Assembly: GCA_964016885.1 (NCBI GenBank)
Contig: OZ024748.1
Coordinates: 43,028,001-43,092,000 of the forward strand
From: Eledone cirrhosa
Taxonomy: Eukaryota
DNA length: 64,000 nucleotides
Direction of reading: 5' to 3'
Shown here: in pieces, positions 53,250 to 64,000 of the stretch
How positions within the stretch are numbered: position 1 is the first letter of the stretch
Layout of the letters: every line of letters starts with the position of its first letter
Translations under genes and position numbers: made by a program
The notes under the pieces: model-generated
Databases searched by the model: none
What the model saw: the letters and a program-made list of their open reading frames with translations, nothing else
Told to the model about the DNA's origin: nothing

Positions 53250-53667
53250 TCATCATCATCATCATCATCAACGTTTAACGTCCGTGTTCCACGCTTGCAT
53301 GGGTTTGGACGGGGGTAGTCCCACTTGAGGCAAGAGTGGTTGTCTTGCTCGCATAGGACTGTCTGGCAGGTTTTCTACAGTTGGATGCCCTTCCTAACAC
53401 CAACCACATTTACAGTGTGGGTCTGGGAGGTTTTTACCGTGTTACCTACACGGCCACATTACAGCGTGGACTGTGTGTTTTTTTGTCGTGACACCTACAC
53501 GATCTCGTTTGTTTCGGCCTCGATGGCGCGGCACCAACATAACTTTACATAGAACGGGGTGGTGTGGATGGGGTGGGGGTGGTGGTGGTGGGACGGGGTG
53601 TATTTTGTTAGAGATGCCTACTGGCTGGAGTAGGTTTTACTATATATTTAGGTAAGGCGGGTCTTCG
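53250..53667 (-). mobile_element. Second, shorter copy of the same RTE 3' end
   Basis: Matches 52298-52823 from the (CAT)n tail through KTRLT*. Confidence 0.8.
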
Positions 53668-54971
53668 TGTATATATATATATGTGTATATATATATATAT
53701 TTACATATATACATATATATATATGTGTATATATATATATGTACATATATATATGTATATATATATATGTGTATATATATATACATGTACATATATACAT
53801 ATATATATGTACATATATATATACATATATATATGTATATATATATGTATGTATATATGTATGTATATATGTATGTATATATGTATGTATATATGTATAT
53901 ATATGTATGTATATATGTATATATATGTATGTATATATGTATATATATGTATGTATATATGTATATATATGTATGTATATATATGTATATATATGTATAT
54001 ATGTATATATATATGTATGTATATATGTATATATGTATATGTATGTATATATGTATATATGTATGTATATATGTATATATGTATATGTATGTATATATGT
54101 ATATATATGTATGTATGTATATATGTATATATATGTATGTATATATGTATATATATGTATGTATATATGTATATATGTATATATATATGTATGTATATAT
54201 ATATATATAATGTATATATATATAATGTATATCTCAATGCCAAGAACTGTGGAGGTGAGGGAAGCTACTATGTGACCATATGACAACTGTGTTTACTTCA
54301 GAAAAACAACAAGAGTACACATAATGATTCTTATTTGGCTGGCAATGTCTCCTGTGTTTATACACACAGCTCCACGTCTGTATATTTATGTGCACCTGTG
54401 CATTCATGTTTGTGTATGCATGTGCATCAGTGTATGTGTATGTCAGTGTCACCCAGTTTCTACAACCAAAGTTGGTCTTTCAATCTCTTTCAGTCTACAA
54501 CCTATCTGAAAACAAAATATATCTTTTCAGATTCTTTGAACCACATTCTTCTTCATTTTGGTTTTTGAGCCATGCAATAATTCTCTTTTTAAACAGAACT
54601 GTTGTTATATGAAAAAACAAAGCTGATATTTTCCTTATTTTTCTCAACAGCTCAGTATCTTTGTCTTCATTCTCATCATCATCATCATGTCTTCACTTCA
54701 CCAATATGGTGTCCACAACAGTAGTTGCACTAGCTTTTTTCCTCTTTGCTTCATGTTATAAACTAAAGTTTTAAAACAAAAAACAGGGCCCAAATTTTGT
54801 GACCTGCTTTCACGTATCAGTTGTAGCTTGGGGAATGTGTGAACGCCACAGCTTCCATTTCCTTTATCATAAACCAATGTTAACTAGTCATAGATATTTC
54901 TGGTTATGGAAAGTTGAACAATTTCTCTCTCTCTTGTTTAGTTTGGCTTTGTTTTCACCAGATTTACTAAA

Positions 54972-55406
54972 ATAACTCTTAACATCCTGTAATGATTCAG
55001 CAGAAAATATCTAAAAACAGGTTTTGTTAATTCAAATATTTATAGTATCTTTTACAAATGGACAAATCACTGAAAATTTACAATATTAACCCTTTAGCAT
55101 TTAAACCGGCCATATCCAGCCAGAATTCTCTCACCTCTTTCTGTTCAAACTGGCTGTAACCAGCCGCTCTTACATATGTTAAGGTATTGTTCTCAAAATA
55201 AATGACATCAAAATTTCAAGGATTCGATATTATGTGAAATAACTATATGAGGTAAAGTGTTTACCATGAAAATTCAATAGAATATATAGAATAATGTAAA
55301 TGCTAAAGGCTTTGATATTTAATGTGATGCAGACACAGTGCTGTTTTCTACTTTTCAAGAATGTCTTGCTAATGCTGTTTCGTGTGGTACAGGATGTTAA
55401 AAGTTA
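54972..55406 (+). mobile_element. MITE family B carrying a nested family A MITE (55086-55309)
   Basis: Host TIRs at 54972 and 55406; family A TIR ttaaccctttagcat at 55086. Confidence 0.75.
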
Positions 55407-56019
55407 TATATAGTTGTGTAGAAATGCAGTGATGTTAACATATTAGGAATTAACCTCGTAGATTTGTGTTATTTTCAAACTTAGTGTTTTCTGTTGGCGG
55501 ACCAACACAACTCTGGAAAATGCTTCTTTGTTTTGGTTTCCTCTTGAAATATTGAGATAATTTCACAAAACGTTTCACCTGCATGACTTTTAGTGAGTTT
55601 TTAATGCATGAAAGGCTTTGATGTTAGGAAACAGTCTTTGTAGTTATGGAATAGTTATATTTACTAACACAATTACTTCTGCATCTTGTCTAAGGAAGAA
55701 AACTTAGTTTATTCCTTAAAGTGGTCCTAGTAGTCTTTGTTAGTTGATTTTTTTAATGTTTTTTTTATTTTGGTGTTTTCTTAGTGCTGGTGTTTTATTT
55801 GATGTTTGTCTTTAATAAACTGTTTTTTACCTCTCACGATTCACACTGTGTTCTGTACCAAAACCCTGCATGGATTTATCACATCTCTTAACCCCCCCCA
55901 AATTACAATTATCTGACCAGTTAATAAAACTGGAGTCAGATCTTCATAGTATGATATTTGTTGTTGTTTATTGCTGTAGAAATCAAATGTTCTGTTTGTT
56001 TTGATTCTATAATGTGTCA

Positions 56020-56060
<41 letters not shown>

Positions 56061-56086
56061 GAGGTATGTAATAAAAGACTGATTAG

Positions 56087-56429
56087 TTTCAAAAAGCCGG
56101 TACAATGTGGTAGAACTATATAAACGGTAAAGCATGATGGATAAAACAGAAGAAAGTAATGTTTTACCCTGAAATATTTCAACATAATATTTCATGGTTA
56201 TAACCTTCTTTACAAATGTGGGACTGAAATAGTGCAAAACAAGATGAACGATGGATGTATTTTTTCTCCATAACTTATTTTGAACTGTTTCACCTCTACA
56301 TTTGAAAAGAGGGTAATTGCCCCGAAATATTATGTTGAAATATACTGGGTAAAACATTGCATCGTTTTGTTTTATTTTTCATCATTTGACTTTTATATTT
56401 TTCTACCACATTGTACCGGCTTTTTGAAA
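56087..56429. mobile_element. Older imperfect palindromic element in (TA)n
   Basis: Arms tttcaaaaagccggtacaatgtggtagaa / ttctaccacattgtaccggctttttgaaa; decayed hammerhead-like ttgaaaagaggg..cccgaaatatta. Confidence 0.5.
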
Positions 56430-57339
56430 ATTACCGGTTATATATATATATATATATATAAAATTTTATATAGAAATGGCTTGTACAGGACTAGAACTGT
56501 TTCATTTATATACACTGTGATGTGATATTAGGATTCATAGCTGACTCTACTAGTTTATTAGTTATTATTGTCATTGTGTTATTGTCATTTCTGTTTTAGT
56601 CGTTTCGTCAATTTGAATATTTCTATGTTTATTATTTGGCAACATTGATGAGGAAGTAGAATAACTCAACCCAGCCCGACTTGACCCAACCTGACTCGAC
56701 TCCAATCTGACCCTCATACAAAATGTTCTGTATTTAATTATCTGCCATCTCAGTCATGTCATTTCATTAAGATTTACTATCATCATCATTGTTTAACGTT
56801 TATTTTGCCACACTAGCATGGGTCAGACAGGTTGTCCTGTTGTGAGACAAGTCAGATCAGTGACCCATCTCTTGCTCATACAGAACTGTTTCTGGCTTGG
56901 TTTCTACGCCTGGATGCCCTTCCGAACACTAGCCATGTTTACAGAGTGGACTAGGTGCTTTTTGACATGGCACCAAATATGTTTATTATTCCACATGAGG
57001 TAATGAGTTTGTAGAGTCATTAGAGTGTTGGATTAAATACCTTGTGGTATTTAATCCAGTTGCCTCCACTCTGAGTTCAAATTGCACTGAGGCTAACTTT
57101 GGCTATCATCATTTTAGGGGTCGATATAGAAATTAGTAGTCCTGGGACAGAGTGTAAATCACTAGGGGTCAAGAGTTGGATAGGATGCCTTGTAGTATCT
57201 GATGTGGTTCTGTAAGTTATACAGTCTGAGTTCCTTCTGCCAACAGACAATATCAACAATTGAAAGTCCAATGGAAACATTGTTTTCTTGGCTAATCAGA
57301 TGATTGGTTCCTTTCTTTCATGTGTGTGTCTCTCTCTCT

Positions 57340-57748
57340 CACACATTGTCCCCAGTTCCACAACTGGGACTCTGTGTGTGTCCCACACTCGTTCCCAGTT
57401 CCACAACTGGGACTGTGTGTCCCACATTGTCCTCAGTTCCACAACTGGGACTGTGTGTCCCACATTGTCCTCAGTTCCACAACTGGGACTGTGTGTCCCA
57501 CATTGTCCTCAGTTCCACAACTGGGACTGTGTGTCCATCCCACATTGTCCCCGGTTCCACAACTGGGACTGTGTGTCTGTCCCACACATTGTCCCCAGTT
57601 CCACAACTGGAACTGTGTGTCTGTCCCACACATTGTCTCCAGTTCCACAACTGGGACTGTGTGTCCATCCCATATTGTCCCCGGTTCCACAACTGGAACT
57701 GTGTGTCTGTCCCACACATTGTCTCCAGTTCCACAACTGGACTGTGTA
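57340..57748. repeat. ~38-44-bp minisatellite
   Basis: cattgtcctcagttccacaactgggactgtgtgtccca. Confidence 0.9.
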
Positions 57749-57797
57749 CATCAAAGGAACTCAACTTATTCATGTTTTGTGATTCTTTCTGTTGCAG

Positions 57798-57864
57798 GAA
57801 CTAATCAAGACCAAGATGAACAAATACAAGAAATCCTGACAGAACTTTCAAATCATAATTCACG
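57798..57864 (+). CDS. CLASP: CLASP coding exon, start of C-terminal CLIP-interacting domain
   Basis: ttgcag|...|gtaaat; (G)TNQDQDEQIQEILTELSNHNS(R) (cf. LLKELSNHNER). Confidence 0.95.
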
Positions 57865-58027
57865 GTAAATATTTCATTTATTTAATAAAGCTGCCATTAT
57901 TTAGCACTGGTCTGTTATTTTTGACATTTTGAAATTATTTTTTATAAATTATAATTATTATTATTACTATTAAAAACAAAAAAAAAAATTGAATTTCAAT
58001 TTTGTACATAAATTGATTTTTTTCACA

Positions 58028-58617
58028 TCTATATATATAAAACTGTGGTTGTCTGTCTGTCTATCGATTTTTGGCACACATCTCCTCTTAGAATCTCTCA
58101 CGGAATTGCACCGAAATTGCTATACTTGTGCATTGAGCCCTAGCGAAGACATCGGAAAAAAAAAAATTTCAAATTGACCCACCCTATGTGACGAAATCGA
58201 ATATAATGTATCGATTTTTGAGCGTAAGTTATCAGTTATTTCCCTTTGTTCTGTTTACATTGAGCGTCTTACGTAAAAAATTACGCTGGCTTTCTCAGCG
58301 TTTAAAATGACATAACTGATAATTTGGTTACGCTAATGTTTTTCTCTGCGTTGCAGTGTTTACATTTTCGATCTTTGTTAATAAATAACCAGTGCAGTTT
58401 TTATCCCCAGCATCCTCTTTTGTTATAACATTCGGGTTATCGTTATGTTTTCTTAACTTCATAAGGCATATTGTTGGTTGAGGGAATATTAATCAAAAAC
58501 ACCACATGCAAGTCTGCACAGTAGACATTACAGTTTTTAAGCCAAAAAAGAAACTTAACATTGTAACTTTAACACAGCTACTGAGCGACCCCGAGCAACG
58601 CCGGGCTTTACTGCTAG
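58028..58617 (+). mobile_element. Non-autonomous Helitron
   Basis: A|TC 5' end; 3' hairpin cccgagcaacgccggg followed by CTAG|T. Confidence 0.8.
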
Positions 58618-58772
58618 TATATAATAAATGTAATCTGAGTTTTTCGAATATTAATAATAATATTCGATTCGTTTGCAATTATGCAAACAAATTTCATTTT
58701 TAAAGCCATGATAGTAGAATGAACCCTTCATTCTTGCTCTTGTGTTGGCATGTTTTATATATATATATATAT

Positions 58773-59116
58773 GGAGGCACATGGCTTAGTGGTTAGAGCA
58801 TTGGCCTTGCAATCGAAAGGTTGTGAGTTCAATTCTCAGACCGGGTGATGTGTTGTTTCCTTGAGCAAGATACTTTATTTCACATTGCTCCAGTTTACTC
58901 AGCTGTAGAAATGAGATGATAGGGACTGGGGTCCCTATCATTCCACTGCAAAGTGGTCGTGGAGGTGCCACGGCAAAAAAGCACCCAGCACTCACTGTAA
59001 ATGAGGTTGGTGTTAGGAAGGGCATCCAGCTGTAGAAATCAAGCCAGAATCAGTTCCCGTCCCACCCTTGCAAGCAGGGAAAAAGCAGACGTAAAATGAA
59101 ATGATGATGATGATGA
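58773..59116 (+). mobile_element. tRNA-derived CORE-type SINE
   Basis: Full-length copy inserted in (TA)n. Confidence 0.85.
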
Positions 59117-59247
59117 TATATATATATATATGAAAAAAATCAATTTATGTACAAAATTGTAATTCAATTTTTTTTTTGTTTTTAATAGTAATAATAATAA
59201 TTATACATACATATATATTTATATATTTATCTTTTTCACCCTGTCAG

Positions 59248-59374
59248 GAACGATGAGAGAAAGAACGCTATGCATTTATTAATGAAACTAGCTATAGACG
59301 GAAAGACAGAGTTATGGGACAAGCATTTCAAACCAGTTTTGTTAATTCTTCTGGAAACCTTAGCTGATGATGAT
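59248..59374 (+). CDS. CLASP: CLASP coding exon (CLIP-ID)
   Basis: tgtcag|...|gtcagt; NDERKNAMHLLMKLAIDGKTELWDKHFKPVLLILLETLADDD. Confidence 0.96.
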
Positions 59375-59481
59375 GTCAGTATTGATTTTATTTGATTTTT
59401 CTATCTTTCTATATTTTCTACTTTCAAATTGATTATTATTGTTGTTATTATTATTGCTAATATTGTTGTTATTTCTTCCAG

Positions 59482-59610
59482 TATAAGATTCGAGGCCTCA
59501 CTTTGTGTGTGTTAAGAGATATTTTGCACAACCAAGCTACTCGATTTAAAGATTATGCAGAGTTAACCATTCTGAAAGTTTTAGAATCACATAGAGATGT
59601 TATTCGAGAG
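59482..59610 (+). CDS. CLASP: CLASP coding exon (CLIP-ID)
   Basis: ttccag|...|gtgagt; YKIRGLTLCVLRDILHNQATRFKDYAELTILKVLESHRDVIRE. Confidence 0.97.
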
Positions 59611-59626
59611 GTGAGTTTAATTTACA

Positions 59627-59698
<72 letters not shown>

Positions 59699-59844
59699 TC
59701 CCTCTCCACTGTTTAGTCAGAGAACAGAAAGACTATGTTAATGACCCTGAAATAGTGGACTGGCAGAGTTTTGTCAGATCTAGCTAAACAGTGTTGATAC
59801 TGTAGCACCTGGCTGACAAGTTGTAACATTTAGATGTTGTAACA

Positions 59845-60232
59845 CATCATCATCATCACCCTTTTACGTCCGTTCCACCACGCTAGCATAGGTTAGACAG
59901 GTTGTCCTGTCGTGGGCAGTGTCCGGTCGGCTGACCTTGTCTTGCTCATACGGGAACTGATTCTGGCTTCTACAGCTGGATGTCCTTCCTAACACCAACC
60001 TCATTTACAGTGAGTGCTGGGTGCTTTTTGCTGTGTGGCACCTCCACAACCATTTTGCAGTGGAATGATAGGGACTCCAGACCTATCATCTCATTTCTAC
60101 AGCTGAGTAAACTGGAGCAATGTGAAATAAAGTATCTTGCTCACGGAAACAACACATCACCCGGTCTGAGAATTGAATTCACAACCTTTCGATTGCAAGC
60201 CCAATGCTCTAACCACTAAGCCATGTGCCTTC
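59845..60232 (-). mobile_element. tRNA-derived CORE-type SINE (antisense)
   Basis: Reverse complement of the 58773 copy; (CAT)n at the left end. Confidence 0.85.
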
Positions 60233-60280
60233 AAACATCTCTATTTAAATGTGTTGTGTTCTAACTTTTCTATTTTTCAG

Positions 60281-60418
60281 GTTGTGAAAGCAGCTGAGGA
60301 ATGTGCTGGAACTCTGGCTAACGTGATTCCTCCAGAACAGAGTATTAGGATATTAAATCCACTGATTCAAAGCTCACAATATCCAGTCATTTTAGCTGCT
60401 ATCAAGATGCAAAATAAG
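60281..60418 (+). CDS. CLASP: CLASP coding exon (CLIP-ID)
   Basis: tttcag|...|gtactt; VVKAAEECAGTLANVIPPEQSIRILNPLIQSSQYPVILAAIKMQNK. Confidence 0.97.
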
Positions 60419-60682
60419 GTACTTTTCAAATAACACAAACTGTTCCTTTTTTTTTTTCAGTTTCAGTTTATTGAGTAGTCACAGTATGTAATTAAGTTTT
60501 TTCTGCTACCACTTGGTTTCAAACTCCATTTAATTGTGCAGTACTTTAGTCAAGTGTATAGCCCTAGGCCAACTTGTGAGGGAATTTGGTATCCTGTCCT
60601 ATATACAACTGTATATATTGTGTTAAAAAATACAATATATTTCTTTATATTTATGGCACAGTCTAAATTCCATCATCTTTTT

Positions 60683-61477
60683 CTTTATAACAGTTATTTA
60701 AATAGTCAACATTATTGTATTACTTTATAACAGTTATTTAAATGGTCAACATTATTCTATTACTTTATAACAGTTATTTAAATGGTCAACATTATTCTAT
60801 TTCTTTATAACAGTTATTTAAATAGTCAACATTATTCTATTACTTTATAACAGTTATTTAAATAGTCAACATTATTCTATTTCTTTATAACAGTTATTTA
60901 AATAGTCAACTATTGTATTACTTTATAACAGTTATTTAAATAGTCAACATTATTGTATTACTTTATAACAGTTATTTAAATAGTCAACTATTGTATTACT
61001 TTATAACAGTTATTTAAATAGTCAACATTATTGTATTACTTTATAACAGTTATTTAAATAGTCAACTATTGTATTACTTTATAACAGTTATTTAAATGGT
61101 TAACATTATTGTATTACTTTATAACAGTTATTTAAATAGACAACATTATTGTATTACTTTATAACAGTTATTTAAATAGTCAACATTATTCTATTTCTTT
61201 ATAACAGTTATTTAAATAGTCAACATTATTGTATTACTTTATAACAGTTATTTAAATAGTCAACTATTGTATTTCTTTATAACAGTTATTTAAATAGACA
61301 ACATTATTGTATTACTTTATAACAGTTATTTAAATGGTCAACATTATTGTATTACTTTATAACAGTTATTTAAATAGACAACATTATTGTATTACTTTAT
61401 AACAGTTATTTAAATAGTCAACATTATTCTATTTCTTTATAACAGTTATTTAAATAGTCAACATTTTTCTATTTCAG
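60683..61477. repeat. 40-bp minisatellite, ~20 copies, ending at the exon acceptor
   Basis: tttataacagttatttaaatagtcaacattattgtattac. Confidence 0.92.
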
Positions 61478-61546
61478 GTTATAGAACTCTTGCCTAAAGA
61501 GGAATTAGAAACCTCCCTCACAGAGATAGTACCTGGTTTGTTAAAG
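61478..61546 (+). CDS. CLASP: CLASP coding exon (CLIP-ID)
   Basis: tttcag|...|gtaagc; VIELLPKEELETSLTEIVPGLLK. Confidence 0.95.
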
Positions 61547-61640
61547 GTAAGCATATCTTAGTACAACTAAGATGATAGATTGGGTAGTAGTTTGTATACT
61601 GTTGTGAAAATAGTGATATTAAATTTTATGCATATATAAA

Positions 61641-61705
<65 letters not shown>

Positions 61706-61924
61706 ATGTATGTGTGTGTTTCTTTCTTTTTCTCGCATTCCCTCTAGAGTTACAATGTCTCTAAGTACAGTATATAAGTGTGTGTATATGTATATATATA
61801 TATAATTATATTTCTCTCCCTCTCTAGAGTTATGAAGTACAGTGTATATGTGTCTGTGTGTGTATATAACGTGTGTTGTATTGAAGTGAATAACTATGTG
61901 TATATTCTGGGAGTTTATTTAACA

Positions 61925-62841
61925 CTAGAAGTGGTATCCGGCGTTGCACGAGATAAGGTATTTTGGAACGCGGGCCGCCAACAGACCCAATCATGGAAAA
62001 ACTGCATGCCTAGACAATATGTAAAGAAAATAAACCGAATACTCTGATGGCTGGATAATCTTTAAGATTTTCCTCGATGAAGCAGGAAAAAATACAGGTT
62101 TTCACCTAATGCGGGCCCTAGGGGATCAAGAAAATAAATTTTTTTTATGTGCATAATATGCCTTGAAATTTCGGGCAAATCGGCTAGACGTAACGCCTCC
62201 AAAAAGCGCTAGAAAGCTGAAAAAATGAAGTTTTTCACCTAATGCGGGCCCTAGGCCATAAAAAAGTTGGATTTTCTTTGCTCACGGTATGAAGAAGAGA
62301 CTGACTAATACATAGTTACAATTTCAAGGAAATCGGTCTGACGTAACGCCTCAAAAAAACCCTAAAAAGCTTAAAAAACGCAGTTTTTCACCTAATGCGG
62401 GCCCTAGAGGATCAAAAAGTTGAATTTTTTATGTGCATAACACTCCCTGAAACAGAAGTAATACACATGTAAAGTTTGAAAAAAGTCGGTTGGGTACTTC
62501 TGGAGTTTTAGGGATTCAAACTCACAGACACACACACAGACAGACATCCTCAGGGAAGTGATGTAATGCAGACATACAGACAGATATTATAAGGCGCGAC
62601 GTTGTACGCATGTATCTATCTAAAAAGAGAAAGACTAAGAATTATAGAGAGAGATCGCTAAATCGCCTAATGTGGTCCCTAGGGCATTGAAAATTTGAAA
62701 TTTTGTTTGCTCAGAACACTCCTGAAACAAGTATTACATGTGTAAAGTTTGAAAACAGTCGGTTGGGTGCTTCTCTAGTTTTAGGGATTCAAATTCACAC
62801 ACACACACACAGACAGACATCCTCAGTTTTATATATATAGA
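61925..62841 (-). mobile_element. Non-autonomous Helitron with internal tandem duplications
   Basis: CTAG plus hairpin (atccggcgttgcacgagat) at the left end; TCTATATATATAAAACTG on the minus strand at the right end, as in the 58028 element; repeated ttttcacctaatgcgggccctag. Confidence 0.8.
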
Positions 62842-62957
62842 TAACCTATTGAGTACACTGAGATGCAACTGGTCCTAGCAGTGATACCTATGCTAGGTCC
62901 ATCTACTTATTATATATATATATGTATATATAATCATATTTCTTCTCTCCCTTCTAG

Positions 62958-63074
62958 AGTTACGATGACTCTGAAAGTACAGTTCGCAAGGCTAGTGTGT
63001 TCTGCTTGGTATCCATTTATATGGCAGTTGGTGACAATTTACGACCATATTTAAGTCAACTAAATTACAGTAAG
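62958..63074 (+). CDS. CLASP: CLASP coding exon (probably penultimate; final exon lies beyond the window)
   Basis: ttctag|...|gtaaat; SYDDSESTVRKASVFCLVSIYMAVGDNLRPYLSQLNYSK (cf. YDNTESSVRKASVFCLV). Confidence 0.97.
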
Positions 63075-63170
63075 GTAAATATCTCTTACATCTTTTCTTC
63101 AGTTCATTTCATCCTTTTCACATCAAACTGACTAAAACCACTCTTGATTTTTATTGAATTCTCCCATAAA

Positions 63171-63362
63171 TGATTGTTTCTACTTTAGGCACAAAGCCAG
63201 CAATTATCCCAGTGCATTGCTGGTACTTTATTTTATCAACCCCATAAGGATGAAAGGTAAAGTTAACCCCAGCGGGATTTGAGCTCAGGTCATAAAGGAC
63301 CGCAACTCCATGCTGGAAAGCATGGCATCTGACCTTCTACTGATACTGCCAATCCACTGCCC
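63171..63362 (-). mobile_element. Second SINE family copy
   Basis: Matches the 1184-1369 copy. Confidence 0.75.
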
Positions 63363-63689
63363 TAATCATCCCATAAATAATGCCAGGTTTTATTTCAATT
63401 ACATGCAGTAAGTCAGAGGTGTGGCGATAAACACCTGTATAAGCTTGCTATAAGAGCAGGTATTAAATTTACCTTGTCCTTATTCTTAGTGTAAACTTTG
63501 AAAAGTGAAGTTTATCTTAATTCTTTTTAAATAAAAGAAATATTTTTAAAAATTGCATTATTTATTATTTATGAGATGTCAAAATATGATACAAAAGTGT
63601 TTAGAAAGTTTATGAAGCAAATGATGTGGTTTAAATTTCAAAGTATGTATTTGAATGCTATTGAACAAAACAACCATGACATATGAATT

Positions 63690-63878
63690 ATGAGTGTGAA
63701 ATAGTTGTAAAGGTAGACTGAGAAAGACCTGGGCAGGGGTGGTGACAGCTGACCTGAAATTGCTGAGATTTACAGAGGAAAGGACAAAGAAACGTGGTCA
63801 GGGGAGAGACACTATGCTGAAAAGGACCTGTCCAACCCATGCAGGCGGGGGAAAACGGATTTAAAGATGATGATGATA
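63690..63878 (+). mobile_element. RTE LINE 3' fragment
   Basis: agaaagacctgggcaggggtggtg (RKTWAGVV)...(GAT)n tail. Confidence 0.6.
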
Positions 63879-64000
63879 TTTTCAACTATTTCTTAGCGAT
63901 GATTCATGCATTGTCATGTTTTGCTCAATAGTAAAAACATACTTTTAAAGTATCTATATTTATCTAAAACCTTTCATCATAGTTTTATGTAAGAACCTTT

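Larger units (their letters stand above)
49988..54231. repeat. Microsatellite field ((TA)n/(TG)n) interrupted by several element insertions
   Basis: Direct inspection. Confidence 0.9.

Noticed and set aside
54651-54708. Good-looking acceptor ttttctcaacag
   Set aside because: No convincing donor; the nearest GT gives a frameshifting, low-complexity exon
57288-57797. Cys/His-rich repetitive ORFs leading into a CLASP exon
   Set aside because: Minisatellite-derived; the true exon starts at the 57797 acceptor

Overview
AT-rich, repeat-dense eukaryotic DNA. The SINE, MITE and microsatellite landscape suggests an octopod cephalopod (inference). The whole window lies inside one + strand gene, a CLASP (CLIP-associating protein; orbit/MAST family) orthologue. 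I traced 21 phase-consistent coding exons from 6934 to 63074, running from the Ser/Arg-rich region with an SxIP motif through the TOG3 domain into the C-terminal CLIP-interacting domain. Both gene ends lie outside the window, and one intron is GC-AG. Five additional short (30-42 nt) frame-preserving candidate exons have TGC-containing acceptors, suggesting a neural microexon programme. The introns hold tRNA/CORE SINEs, RTE/R4/Vingi-like LINE 3' ends, piggyBac-type and Tc/pogo-type MITEs, non-autonomous Helitrons and many minisatellites. The most striking non-coding signal is a set of short palindromic elements inserted in (TA)n that carry Penelope-type minimal hammerhead ribozyme motifs, some on both strands. 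Almost all ORFs in the supplied track are microsatellite artefacts. All translations and pairings were done by eye, and family assignments are from memory rather than searches.
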